DNA of 64,000 nucleotides, taken from an uncultured Chloroflexia bacterium. GTDB lineage: Bacteria > Chloroflexota > Chloroflexia > Thermomicrobiales > UBA6265. Made by a program: the position numbers and the translations under genes. Under the pieces are notes generated by a model, which ran no database searches, was not told the DNA's origin, and saw nothing but the letters and a program-made list of their open reading frames with translations. The DNA lies in NCBI GenBank assembly GCA_963724295.1, contig CAVRUC010000002.1, positions 383,275 through 447,274 of the forward strand, given 5' to 3'. Shown piece after piece: positions 39,615 through 51,517 of the stretch (position 1 is the first letter of the stretch; every line of letters begins with the position of its first letter).

Positions 39615-40895
39615 CTACAGAGCTGCGCTCAGCACCTTGTTGACCGCCGCAATCATCTCCGCCACGTTCTGATCGGAGAGATCAGGACTGACATCCAGAT
39701 TGATCGCTCGTCCCAGGAGCTCGAGCGATCGTGGGCACATATCCGGTGAGTATTCGACGTTCCCTTCGTGCCAACGCCATGGTCCCCCGTTCTCCGACCA
39801 GGTCCGTTGTCCGAGAATCGGCGACCAGTGGGCATAGACGTGGTAGTCAACGTCATCGGGCCGATAGACCACAAATGCGTCCACCCCTTCCGCCTCGAGC
39901 GCCTCGGCGATGAAGATGGCTCGCTCGGGCGTGGGAACGAAGAACATGAGCGCAAGGCCGGTGTCCCCATCCGGGTCGTTGATGCGCTGGAACTCGACAC
40001 CCAGCTGACGAGCGACGCCGGCGATGCCGTCCTTGATCTCAGCTTTGCGCCGTCGCATATCTCGCAATATCTCGTCCAGACGGCCGAGCTGGACAAGGGC
40101 GACTGCCCCTTGCAGCTCCGACATGCGGAAGTTGATACCGGGCAGGATCTCGTCAGCCGGGATCTTGTTGCGGTGTCCACCGACGACGTCGTTGTACATC
40201 AGGACACGGCGCAAGATGCCATCGTCATTGGTCGTCACCATGCCGCCTTCGCCGCAGGTGATGATCTTGTTGAATTGAAGGCTGAAGGCGCCGACGTCGC
40301 CGATGCTGCCAAGTCGCTGGCCGTGGTAGCTGCCACCATCGGCCTGGGCTGCATCCTCCAGAACAGGCAGCTCGTGCTCATGCGCGATGGTCATCAGCTC
40401 GTCCATCTGGCATGGGACGCCCCGCAAGTGAACCGGGATGATGGCTTTGGTAAAGCGGGAGATCTTGCGCCGCACGTCCGCCGGGTCGAGCGTCAACGAC
40501 TCGTCCACTTCGGCGATGATGGGCACGGCCCCCATCGCCACGACCGCTGAGGCGGTCGCGATCCAGGTAAAGGCCGGGACGATTACCTCGTCCCCGGGTC
40601 CCACCCCCAGGCCGGCCAGCGCGCACATCAAAGCGGCGCTCCCTGAGCTGACCGCCGCGGCGTGCCGGACTCCCATCACCGCGGCGAATGCTTCCTCCAG
40701 CTCCGCCACCCGTGACGGACCCGGCGTGGCGCCGTAGTAGCGGAAGAGGCGCTTGCTGCGCAGCACCTCGAGCACGGCTTCCTCTTCCTCGCGGCCGATG
40801 CGCAAGCCACCCGGGTACATCCGCGGCAGCGGACTCGTCACCGCCGGAGCCCCGCCGTCGATCGCGAGCTTCGTCGCTTCCGCCACTCCCGCCAT
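39615..40895 (-). CDS. DegT/DnrJ/EryC1/StrS aminotransferase
   Basis: SSGSAAL, EDAAQA, SLQFNKIITCGEGG, NFRMSE. Confidence 0.93.
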   Translation of the reverse strand: MAGVAEATKLAIDGGAPAVTSPLPRMYPGGLRIGREEEEAVLEVLRSKRLFRYYGATPGPSRVAELEEAFAAVMGVRHAAAVSSGSAALMCALAGLGVGPGDEVIVPAFTWIATASAVVAMGAVPIIAEVDESLTLDPADVRRKISRFTKAIIPVHLRGVPCQMDELMTIAHEHELPVLEDAAQADGGSYHGQRLGSIGDVGAFSLQFNKIITCGEGGMVTTNDDGILRRVLMYNDVVGGHRNKIPADEILPGINFRMSELQGAVALVQLGRLDEILRDMRRRKAEIKDGIAGVARQLGVEFQRINDPDGDTGLALMFFVPTPERAIFIAEALEAEGVDAFVVYRPDDVDYHVYAHWSPILGQRTWSENGGPWRWHEGNVEYSPDMCPRSLELLGRAINLDVSPDLSDQNVAEMIAAVNKVLSAAL

Positions 40896-41074
40896 GTTGT
40901 CCTCCCGCTCTCTAGCAGTCGCCGACCGACCGATTGCCGCACTCACTCCACGCCGTCGCTGCAGGTCTATGAACCAGCTTGCGATGGCGTGGCCTAGCTC
41001 GCGCTGGTCCCGGGAACGCCGCCTGGGATCCTACCGCCTCCCCACGCCAGCCGGTGAACGCGAGCCGCGGATGC

Positions 41075-42117
41075 TTACGCGGTAGCGCCGGTTGCGTGAT
41101 CCTGTCCGGGACCATACAGATGACAGCGTACCCAGTGCCGCGCAGCGATCGTCTCCACACCAGGCATGGTCTGACGGCAGACGTCCATCACCCGCGGGCA
41201 GCGCGGGGCAAAAGGACATCCTGGCGGCGGGTCGATCAGAGACGGCGGCTCAGCGCGAGCCCGGGTCTGCCGGGCGCGCCGCGCGCGTGGGTCGGGAACG
41301 GCCGAGAGCAGGAGCTGGGTGTAGGGGTGCGCCGGGGTGCGGACCAGGTCGTCGCCGGCCGCTCCTTCGACCATGCGGCCGGCATACATGACGATCGTCT
41401 CGTCGGCGATGTAGCGAGCGCTGGCGATGTCATGGGTGATGTAGAGATAGGCGATGCCGCGCTCTTGCTTGAGCCGTTCCATCAGGTTGAGGATGCCCAT
41501 CCGGATCGAGACGTCCAGCATCGAGACCGGCTCGTCGGCCAGCATCACCGCCGGGTCGACAGCCAGGGCGCGCGCGAAGGCGACTCGCTGCCGCTGACCT
41601 CCCGAGAGCTCGTGTGGAAACTTGTCGACGAAATCCGCCGGTGGAGTCAGGCCGACCGCCGCCAGCAATGAAGCCACCTGCTCCCGCAGTGCTGCCCCGC
41701 GTCGTGCCTTGGCGTGGACCTGCAGCGGGCGCTCCAGGTGATAACCGATGGTGTGAACCGGGTTGAGCGAGGCGAAAGGGTCCTGGAAGATCATCTGCAC
41801 GTCGGCCCGGTAGGTCAGTGACGCGGACCGCGGCTCGCTCTTCAGCACGTCTCGCCCGTTGAGAACGATCTCGCCCGCGGTTGGCTCGATCAGCCGGGCC
41901 ACGAGCCGTGCCGTCGTGCTCTTGCCGCTTCCTGACTCGCCGACCAGGGCGGTGACTCTTCCCCGATCGAGTGTGAACGAGGCATCCTCCAGGGCATGGA
42001 CCTGCGATCGGGAGAACCAGCCCCCGACCGGGAAGCGCTTGCTGAGCCCGCGTACCTCGAGGAGTGGCGCGGGCCCATGCCCGTTGGACGTGACCGGTTG
42101 TCGTTCCACGTGATGCA

Positions 42118-42121
<4 letters not shown>
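41075..42121 (-). CDS. Opp-family ABC ATPase (OppF-like)
   Basis: [25 protein letters not shown]. Confidence 0.95.
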
Positions 42122-43144
<1,023 letters not shown>

Positions 43145-43155
<11 letters not shown>

Positions 43156-44203
43156 GGTTCACCACCGGCGTCGCGCGGCTGCTGGCGCGGCCGAAGGGAA
43201 CACGCTTCAGTATGCCGGTCGTCTCCCGTTTGGCGCGCAGCCGCGGGTTGGTGAGCTCGTCGATGGCGTAGTTGACGAGCGCGAAGGCGAAGGCGACCAG
43301 CGCGATGCAGGCGCCGGCCGGGACGAACGTCCACCAGGCTCCGGTGAGCAGACCGGCATTGTTCCCGGCCCAGTAGAGATTGGTGCCCCAGCTCACGGCG
43401 CTCGGGTTGCCCAGACCAAGAAACTCGAGCGCCGCCAGTGCGCCGATGGCGAAGATGGTCGAGCCCAGAAAGCTGGCGACGACGATCGAGAGCATGTTCG
43501 GCAAGATCTCGGAGAGGATGATGCGCGGACCACTCTCGCCGGCGACCTTGGCCGCCGCGACGAAGTCTTTCTCGCGCAGCGACAGCGTCTGCGAGCGCAT
43601 CACTCGCGCCGGCCAGGCCCAGCCCGTCACCGTCAGCACCAGCACGAAGTAGAGAAAATTGCCGCTGCCGAGGAAAGCCGCCAGCACCACGAGCAAGGGC
43701 AGGCTGGGGATGATGAGGAAGACGTTGGTGATCAGCGAGAGCACGTCGTCGGTCATGCCGCCGGAATACCCCGCGCTGAGACCGACGACGATGCCAACGA
43801 CGGTCGTCAGGATGCCTACGAGAATCCCGACGGAGAGCGTAGCGCGGCCTCCCCAGACGGTCTGGCTGAAGACATCCTGCCCCTGACCGGTGGTGCCGAA
43901 GATATGCTCCGCCGACGGTGGCTGGTGCGGACGAGCCACAAAGTCACCTGGATCACCTGGCGCCAAGACCGGGGCCAGCAATGCGACGACGGCAAAGAGA
44001 AGCAGGATCAGCACGCCGGCGGACGCCTTGCGATTGCGCAGCACCGCTCGTACCCATGCCGGCGCCGTCAGACCTCGCCGCTGCTGGCCGGGGATCGGTA
44101 GCACCTGCCCGGTATCGGTCACCTCGATCGGGGGGATCACGACCTGTTCCGAGAATTCGACTGGAGACTGCGCCGGAGCCTGACTCTGGACCTGCACGTG
44201 CAT
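43145..44203 (-). CDS. Opp-family ABC permease
   Basis: FGTTGQGQDVF, LEFLGLG, DELTNPRL. Confidence 0.93.
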
Positions 44204-44238
44204 CGTTGCCGCCTCCGAAGACTTGCCCGTGTGACCCT

Positions 44239-45216
44239 TTACGACCCGCGGACGCGCGGGTCGAGCCGGACGTACAAGATGTCGACAAGTAGGTTTGCCA
44301 GGAGCACGGCAAAGGTGATCATCAGGAAGATGCCCTGCATCAGCGGGTAGTCGAGGTTGCGCACCGCCGTCAGGAGCTGGTTGCCAAGACCGGGGTAGGC
44401 GAACACGGCCTCCGTGACCAGGGCGCCGCTGATCACGAAGCCGAGCGCCATGCCGAAAGCGGTGACGTTCGGGAGGAGGGCGTTGCGCGCCGCGTACGAG
44501 AACATCACCCGGTTCTGGGAGAGCCCTTTCGCCTCAGCCATGGTGATGTAGTCCTCGGCCAGGACGGAAATCATGGTGTTCCGCATCCCCAGCATCCAGC
44601 CACCGATCGAGACGAGGAGAATCGTGGCCGCCGGAAGGACGAGGTGGAGGCTGACGCTGCCGATGAACTCCCAGCTCAACGCCGGCGTCAGACTATCTCC
44701 GTAGGCATGGCGCATCGGGAAGAGGTTCCAGCGGAAGCTGAGAAAGAAGAGTGCCAGCGAAGCGAGCCAGAAATAGGGAAACGAGCCGATGAACAGCAGG
44801 AGTGGGGGCAGGACGGAGTCCGTAAACCCGCCGCGACGCCAGGCGCCGAAGACGCCGAGCAGGCTGCCGATCGCGAAGCCGAGGATGGTCGCGACCAGTC
44901 CCAGCAGCAGGGTCCACTGCAGACTCGTGAGGATGACCTGGATGACGGGAGAGGGGAACGAGCTGATCGAGATGCCGAAGTCGCCGCGCAAGGCGTGGCC
45001 GAGGTAGGTCACGTACTGCTCGGGCAGCGGCGCGTCGGAGAGACCAAACGCCTTGCGCATGGCGTCGATCTGCTCCGGTCTGACCTGACCCCGGAAGCGA
45101 GCGAACATCGTCGCGGCGGGATCGCCCGGCATGAGACGCGGCAAGAAGAAGTTGAGCGTCAGTGACGCCCAGGCTGCCAGCAGATAAAACCCGATACGGC
45201 GAGCGAGGAAACTCAT
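44239..45216 (-). CDS. Opp-family ABC permease
   Basis: PRLMPGDP, AEAKGL, FAYPGLG, LDPR. Confidence 0.93.
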   Translation of the reverse strand: MSFLARRIGFYLLAAWASLTLNFFLPRLMPGDPAATMFARFRGQVRPEQIDAMRKAFGLSDAPLPEQYVTYLGHALRGDFGISISSFPSPVIQVILTSLQWTLLLGLVATILGFAIGSLLGVFGAWRRGGFTDSVLPPLLLFIGSFPYFWLASLALFFLSFRWNLFPMRHAYGDSLTPALSWEFIGSVSLHLVLPAATILLVSIGGWMLGMRNTMISVLAEDYITMAEAKGLSQNRVMFSYAARNALLPNVTAFGMALGFVISGALVTEAVFAYPGLGNQLLTAVRNLDYPLMQGIFLMITFAVLLANLLVDILYVRLDPRVRGS

Positions 45217-45317
45217 GGGCGGCTCCTACAAATCGCTGGGGGAGCGCCGAACACTCATACAGTGTATCGAAACCGAGCGAACAACGGGCGGTCCTTGCGC
45301 ATTGCCCAACGGCGTAG

Positions 45318-45357
45318 CCCCTCTCCCAGCACACTGGGAGAGGGGTTAGGGTGAGGG
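45318..45357. repeat. REP-like repeat family B copy
   Basis: CCCCTCTCCCAGCACACTGGGAGAGGGGTTAGGGTGAGGG. Confidence 0.8.
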
Positions 45358-47110
45358 CTACTCCTCCGGTCGCGGTTTAATCGTTACGAACTGGATCAAC
45401 CGTTCCGGGACCTCGTAACCCGCCAGGAGCGCGTACGGATTCTCCTCACTCGGGAAGTCGATGAAGCGCATGGTGTTGAACTCACCCCAGTTCGGCCCTG
45501 GGAAGAGCGGGATCGCCGGTGCATTCTCGGCATAGATCATCTGTAACTGGTTGGCGATCTCCTGCTGTTCGGCCGCATCTGAGGTGCCGGCGAACTGCTC
45601 GAGCAGCGCGTCGGCGTCCTCGTTCCCGTAGCGGCCGTAGTTTTCGGTGGTCACCTCGCCGATCGGCACTACGGTGGCAGTCGACATGATGCCGCGGAAG
45701 AAGTTGATCGGCGTTGGCCCACCGGTTGATCCATAGATGCTGAGGTCGAAGTCACCTTTCTGCAAGCGGTCGTAGAAGGCGGCGAAGTCATAGGTCTGGA
45801 CCTGGGCCGTGATGCCAAGCTCCTCCAGGTTCTGGGCGATGATCTGGACCGTGGAGACCCAGTCGGACCAGCCGGAGACGACATTGATGTCGTAGGTCAT
45901 CGGCGTGCCGTCGGGCAAGACCCGGGTATCGCCCTGCCGGGTCAGACCGGCGGCATCGAGCAGCTCATTGGCCTTGGCGACGTCCCTCGTCACCCACTCG
46001 GCGCCTGCCGCAACCGCCTCCTCGCTGCGCCAGGTGTCGTACGCATCACTGAGACCGGTAGCATCGGAAGGATGGGTGTAGTCGTACATGGCGACCGTGA
46101 CGATCTGATCGCGGTCGATCGCCATGCTGAGCGCCTTGCGCACATTCGGGTCATCCCAGGGCGCCTTTGTCGTGTTGGTGTAGATGTGGATGGTGTCGCC
46201 CACGGCCGGGAACCAGTAGTGGAAGTGTTCCGGGTTCTTGGCGACGTAGACGTTTTCGATGTCGGGCACGAAGTTGGAGGCCATGTCGAGTTCGCCGCTG
46301 ACCAGGGCCAGGTTTGCCGAGTCGTTGTTCGGGTAGAGCGGAGCCCGGAAGCCGTCGATGTACGGCTTGTCCTCTTGCCAGTAATTCGGATTCTTCAGGA
46401 TCTCGTAGTACTGCGGCTGGAATGCTCCGACCTCGGTGAATGGGCCGGTGCCGACCGGGGTCTCGTTGGTGAAGGTGACCGGGTCGTCGACGTCCTTCCA
46501 GATATGCTCCGGCACGATCATCTGCTCGCCGATGTCGTAGAGCCCGGGGGTGTAGACCTGGGTGAACGTCACGGCGACGCTCTTCTCGTCCGGCGCCTCC
46601 ACGCTTGCGATGAACGGCAGCACTCCGCGGATGCCTTGGGTGCCAGGCAGCCCCTCGTTTTCCATGAGGAGGTCGAAGGTGAACTTGACGTCCTTGCTCG
46701 TGAACGGTGTGCCGTCGGACCACATGACGCCGTCGCGTAGCGTGAAGTTGATGGTCGTGTTGTCGTCGCTGAACTCCCAGGCGGTCGCCAGCCAGGGCAC
46801 GGTCTCGCCGGTCGCCGTGTTGTAGATCAGCATCGGTTCGTAGATGCCGGCCTGGGTTGGCCAGACCGACGAGTCGTCGGCGAGGAGCGGATTGAAATTA
46901 CGGATCCAGTTTGGCAGCTGACGATGGGAGACGGTGACCAGCTTCAGGTCGCTCTCCTGTGCTGCCGCCTCCAGAGGCTCGATACGGCTCAGTGGTGCCG
47001 GCAGCACTCGCCGACAGCCCCAGGGCGGAGGCGGTCTGCAGAAGCCGTCGCCTGTCGAGACGGTTGTCCCGGAATATGCGAGCAAGGTCTTCGAACCGTT
47101 CAATGGTCAT
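45358..47110 (-). CDS. Opp-family substrate-binding protein, probably oligosaccharide-binding (Tat; frameshift near 47000)
   Basis: LDRRRLL Tat signal in one frame; NFNPL, GTGPF and SGWSDW in the next. Confidence 0.88.
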
Positions 47111-47236
47111 CTTCGCGTCCCTTCTCTGGAACCGTGCGTCTTGCCGGCTCCGTAGCCGGCGACACTGGGAGACCAGGCGTGGTCACCCGCCACTCCGCGT
47201 TCTCGATCTCTGCCAGGTCCGTCTCGCTAACCGCGC

Positions 47237-48310
47237 TCAGGCGATCGACAGGACTGTCTCGGTCCGCACACCTCCTCCCTGGTCGTCGGCCGCCACAGCG
47301 CACCCGCATGACCGCCGTGTCGTCAGCTCGGTCGGCAAAAATCGTTGCATTGGCGCGCGATCGGGGTCATCGATCAACGACAGCAGCATGCGCACGGCCT
47401 CGCGACCGAGATCGGCGACGGGTTGGGTGACGGTCGAGAGCGGCGGTTGCATATCTATGCCCTCATCCAGTCCGTCGAAGCCCATCACCGCGATATCGCT
47501 GGGTACCCGCAGGCCCGCTTCCTGGACCGCCGCCATCGCGCCGAACGCCAGCGCGTCGCTGGCGGCGAAGACGGCCTCGGGAACATCCGTCCCGTTCTCG
47601 AGCAATCTCTGCATCGCGCGGTGCCCGCCGCGCTGGGTGAAATCGGCGAAGACGACCCGAGACGGCTCGGGCGGCACTGCCGCCTCCTGCAGCGCGGTCA
47701 CATACCCGGCATGACGGTCAATCGAGGCGATCAGGTGCGGCGGACCGCAGATCATGGCGATCCTGCGGTAGCCATGCCCGAGGAGATGGGCGACAGCGTC
47801 TTGCGATGCACCCCGGCTATCGACGTCGACGAAGCTCACCCTGGCCCCAGGGTGGCGCCCGACGAGGACGAAGGGGATGCCATCAGCGTGCAGCCGCGGC
47901 ACGAGCGGATCGTCGACGGTCTGGCAGGCGAGGATCACGCCGTCGACATGACGGCCGCGGATGACCCGCCCATAGAGTTGATCGACAGCATGGCCATCGG
48001 CCGAGGTGTCCATCAGCATCGTCAGCGTGTGGTCGGCCGCATTGCAGGCGTCGGCGGTGCCCTGAATCAGGATGGGATAGAAGGGATCGGTGAAGAGCCC
48101 ACCGACGGACTTGGTGACGAGCAGACCGAGGACGCGCATGCGGCGGGAGGCCAGGCTGCGGGCTGCCGCATGGGGATGGTAGTCCTGGTCGCGAATGACT
48201 TCCTGCACGCGATCGCGAGCGGCGTCGCTGACGCGGCGATCGCCATTGACCACGCGAGAGACGGTGGAGCGAGATACACCGGCGATGCGGGCGATCTCCT
48301 CGAGGGTCAC
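47237..48310 (-). CDS. LacI family regulator (CelR/CebR-like)
   Basis: TLEEIARIAGVSRSTVSRVVN, GFDG; GTG start after GGAG. Confidence 0.93.
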   Translation of the reverse strand: MTLEEIARIAGVSRSTVSRVVNGDRRVSDAARDRVQEVIRDQDYHPHAAARSLASRRMRVLGLLVTKSVGGLFTDPFYPILIQGTADACNAADHTLTMLMDTSADGHAVDQLYGRVIRGRHVDGVILACQTVDDPLVPRLHADGIPFVLVGRHPGARVSFVDVDSRGASQDAVAHLLGHGYRRIAMICGPPHLIASIDRHAGYVTALQEAAVPPEPSRVVFADFTQRGGHRAMQRLLENGTDVPEAVFAASDALAFGAMAAVQEAGLRVPSDIAVMGFDGLDEGIDMQPPLSTVTQPVADLGREAVRMLLSLIDDPDRAPMQRFLPTELTTRRSCGCAVAADDQGGGVRTETVLSIA

Positions 48311-48368
48311 GGCGTTCTCCGCATGGAGTCCGAGCGCGTGCGAGACGGGTAGAGCCTGCAACAGATTG

Positions 48369-48382
48369 TGGGAGCGCTCCCA
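48369..48382. promoter_or_regulatory. CelR/CebR operator TGGGAGCGCTCCCA
   Basis: Perfect 14-bp palindrome just downstream of the minus-strand promoter TTGACA (48422-48417)-N16-TAGGCT. Confidence 0.85.
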
Positions 48383-48538
48383 AGAATGCCTACGAGCCTA
48401 CCATCATTTCACTTGCTGTCAATACGTACCAAGGCGTGCTGGCCTGTGCTGGACACGTAGCTGAGAGCCCAATCGGGCGCGCCGGCTGAGCGAAGTTGCG
48501 GTTTCTGGATTGAGGCCCGCGGCGTCAGCGGTCTCGCG

Positions 48539-49798
48539 TTAGGGCGTGACGGTGGCTCCCATGTGCTGATTGGCGCCACCGGTGTCCGGAAACTCCTGTC
48601 CGGCGATGGCGTTCGGACCGACGAACGGGACCGATTCATGGCTGCGGCCGGACAAGCGCCAGACGGTGATGTCGATGTGGGCCATCGACATGTACCCGTC
48701 GCCTCCGGGACCGGAGATGGTCCCGATGCGCTGACCCTGGGCAACCGTGCTGCCAGAGGAAAGATCACGGTCGAGCGTCACGTGGAAGACGGCGACTCCG
48801 TAACCGTTGCCGGCGTCGACGAGCATCCCGCCGCTGCCACGATCGACCCATTGCACCGTTCCCGAAACCGGGGCGAAGACCGGTTCTCCGGCGGTGTCGC
48901 CGTCGACCCTGGCCCAGTCGAGCGAGTACTTGTACTGAGCAAAGTCGCTCCGGTTCGTATGGGTGCCGTTGTTGTAGCCCTGCACCACCTTCCACTCACC
49001 GCCCGCGAACGGCCAGGCAATCCCGGTGCTCTCACCTCTGGCCGCTGGCGGCGCCGGCTCGGAAGACGTTGATGGCGGCACGGCCGTTGGCACCGGAGTT
49101 GGCACCTCACCGGATGGGGCATTTGCCGGTTGCGCCGCGACCGCGGCGCCGTCGCCGAGCAGCTCGGCCGCCACCCAACCAGAGACGCCGTTGCCGCTCA
49201 CCGGGACGAACCCATTGCTCGGGGCGCCGTCCACCGAGACGGACGTGCCGGGAGCGAGTACCGCCAGGACATCGGCGTCGGTGCTCGGCCCCGAACGCAG
49301 GTTGGCCTCGGTCGTAGTCGCGGCGCCCAACGGAACCGCGGCCGCCGCGGCGGGATCGGGAGCCGGGACCGGCGCAGACTCTGACGTCATCGAAGACGCC
49401 ACCGGCTCTGCTATCGGCTCAGACACGGACTCCTGGCCTGGCTCGGGTGCGACAGCTGGCGCCGTCTGGACAGGCGCGGCCGGGACGTACCCCGCGGGAA
49501 CGTAGCCACTCTGCCCACCCGCGACCACCGGCAGCCACGATGTGCCGTCGGCCGCTGTCACCGGCTCGCCCGCGACGTCGAGCGGGTTCCCGTCACCCAG
49601 CGTGGCCAGAACGGCGGCATCGTAGCCAGGCTGCTCGCGCAGCAGAACCGGCTCGCCTGCTGAGGTAATGGTCGCTGAACCACCGGCCGGTATCTCTTGC
49701 GCTCGCGCCCCCTGCATGACGAGGACGAGGCAGAGCGCGATCGCCAGCATGCCGGCGCATCCGCGCCGGGCGACGGCGCGACAGTTGATGAGGCGCAT
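48539..49798 (-). CDS. secreted SH3-domain + M23-like peptidase protein
   Basis: Signal peptide; two SH3b-like domains (LREQPG, NLRSGP..GWV); QGYNNGTH, LDW, HID. Confidence 0.8.
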   Translation of the reverse strand: MRLINCRAVARRGCAGMLAIALCLVLVMQGARAQEIPAGGSATITSAGEPVLLREQPGYDAAVLATLGDGNPLDVAGEPVTAADGTSWLPVVAGGQSGYVPAGYVPAAPVQTAPAVAPEPGQESVSEPIAEPVASSMTSESAPVPAPDPAAAAAVPLGAATTTEANLRSGPSTDADVLAVLAPGTSVSVDGAPSNGFVPVSGNGVSGWVAAELLGDGAAVAAQPANAPSGEVPTPVPTAVPPSTSSEPAPPAARGESTGIAWPFAGGEWKVVQGYNNGTHTNRSDFAQYKYSLDWARVDGDTAGEPVFAPVSGTVQWVDRGSGGMLVDAGNGYGVAVFHVTLDRDLSSGSTVAQGQRIGTISGPGGDGYMSMAHIDITVWRLSGRSHESVPFVGPNAIAGQEFPDTGGANQHMGATVTP

Positions 49799-50084
49799 CG
49801 GTCCTTCCCTCCGGTCAAGCGTACGGCTGTTGCCCGCGTCCGGTTCTCGATTCGGCGGCGGACCCATCCCTGATCCCGCCGTCCGGCTCGCCGATCTGTC
49901 ATCTCGAACAGACCGGAAACGCTGGCTTCGCCTGTTGACTCGCCTCTGCAACGCCTTGGTTGTGGCTCGTGTTTCGCGCATCAACACTGCGTTGTGGGGA
50001 AAGAGTCCTCCCTCCTCGAGGCGACTGACACCGAGTTCGACCTCAACGTAGCTCTCAGTCGCTGGCCGGAATCTATAGGAGGTA

Positions 50085-50112
50085 TTGACAATTCATGAAT
50101 GATATTTAAACT
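50085..50112 (+). promoter_or_regulatory. AT-rich promoter of the tyrosinase cluster
   Basis: TTGACA-N16-TAAACT with the palindrome ATTCATGAAT in the spacer. Confidence 0.55.
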
Positions 50113-50199
50113 ACCATCAATTCGATTCATCATATATGACATGTCTCGTCCGCGAACCGAGCGCAGATGTCGCTCAATCGAGCGAGCGATGAGGCTCTG

Positions 50200-50865
50200 A
50201 TGCATCACCTCAGTCCAACCGGCGAGCCGGCGGCTCCACATGATGCGGCCGAGGCGCGATCTTACGGCAGTTACGGCCGGAACCGGAATGTGACCTCTGA
50301 AATCCTGGCCAGAGATCTGTCTCGACGCGCGATGTTGCGACGAATCGGCGGCGGTATCACGGTCTCGGCGGTAATGACTGCCGCGGTTCGCTCGGCCGCG
50401 GCTGCACCAATGCCGGCAATCGGGCTCCCGGGTCAGGTAGGGGAGAGTCCCATGTCTCAAATAGGAACCGAGGTGTTCGCCGGGACCTGGACGTACCGCA
50501 GTTTCATCAACAACCCGACGGCAAACGTGGCCTTCAACAACCTCCGGTTCGGAGAAGCCGAGCTCGTGATCGATGCGTTCCCTGAGGGCAGCTTCAGTGG
50601 CCGGCTGGGCTTCGGCGGGACGACCGGTCTAAAGCTGACAGGTTCCTCCAGCTTCGGCAATCCCTTCGCCGTGCGATTCCAGGGCGTCGGCGACAGTCCC
50701 GATAACGCGGAGTGGGTCTACGACTACGTCGGCTTCCTGGTTCCGGTCTGGCCTAACGGGGTCGACCAGCGCCCGGCGATTGTTGGTTCGATCGTGCGCA
50801 CTGCGCCGCATGATGGGAACCCGGCGGGAGTCGTCGCCTCCTGGATCGCGGTCAAGCGGGACTGA
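50200..50865 (+). CDS. hypothetical beta-barrel-like protein with Tat-like leader
   Basis: LSRRAMLRRIGGG leader; GTWTYRSFIN, WVYDYVG, AIVGSIVRT; alternative SD+ATG at 50452. Confidence 0.7.
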   Translation: MHHLSPTGEPAAPHDAAEARSYGSYGRNRNVTSEILARDLSRRAMLRRIGGGITVSAVMTAAVRSAAAAPMPAIGLPGQVGESPMSQIGTEVFAGTWTYRSFINNPTANVAFNNLRFGEAELVIDAFPEGSFSGRLGFGGTTGLKLTGSSSFGNPFAVRFQGVGDSPDNAEWVYDYVGFLVPVWPNGVDQRPAIVGSIVRTAPHDGNPAGVVASWIAVKRD

Positions 50866-50938
50866 GCTCACTTTGCTCATAGCCCGAGGAAAAGCAGCAG
50901 CGGTTGAGTTAGGCAGGAAGAGTAGAAAGGAGTCCAGG

Positions 50939-51466
50939 ATGGACAAGTCTCGAACGGACCAGCAACGGGGAATCCGCGGTGAAGGCATGTCGCGGCGCGG
51001 GGTCCTCCGGCGCGTTGGCGGAGGCGTCACCGGCGTCGCGGCGGCGACCCTCATCAGCAGCATCGACGCACGCACCACGCGAGCTGCCGGCGCTGGCCCG
51101 GCCGCGCGAGGAATTGAAGGCAAGTCCCAGGTTACCCCGGCGACTGAGGACGCAGCCACTCCGGCTGCTGATCTAACCTACGGCGGCCGCTCGATCAGCT
51201 ACGTCGACGAGGGCGGCGCCGTGATGATCGAGATCGACGGCGTGCTGGTGGACATGGCCGCCTTCGTTGAGCCGGCATACGTCGTTAGTCCCCCGTTGTC
51301 CGCTTTTGCCACCCCGGTGGCAGGTGACGCGACCCCCGTGGGGACAGTCTTTGTCGGCGGGCAGTACTTCAGCATGTATTTCCCGTTCCAGGGATACGAC
51401 ACCATCGATGAGCTGGCGAGGGAGCTCGTCGATACCGAGGGCCAGTTGTGGACGCTCGATCAATAG
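50939..51466 (+). CDS. MelC1-like tyrosinase partner (caddie), Tat-exported
   Basis: SRRGVL; YGGRSI...IDG...YFS...ELARELVD resembles the MelC1 layout; immediately upstream of tyrosinase. Confidence 0.65.
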   Translation: MDKSRTDQQRGIRGEGMSRRGVLRRVGGGVTGVAAATLISSIDARTTRAAGAGPAARGIEGKSQVTPATEDAATPAADLTYGGRSISYVDEGGAVMIEIDGVLVDMAAFVEPAYVVSPPLSAFATPVAGDATPVGTVFVGGQYFSMYFPFQGYDTIDELARELVDTEGQLWTLDQ

Positions 51467-51517
51467 GCAAGGTCCTGTCACCGCGGCGTCGGGTAGGCGA
51501 AACGCTGGGAGTCACCT

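Noticed and set aside
40997..41066. GC-rich stem (GCTCGCG/CGCGAGC) before the DegT gene as a riboswitch
   Set aside because: No match to a family I recognise; may be an ordinary intercistronic hairpin.
49800..49980. c-di-AMP (ydaO) riboswitch upstream of the SH3/M23 gene
   Set aside because: The context is plausible, but the conserved ydaO sequence blocks could not be identified.
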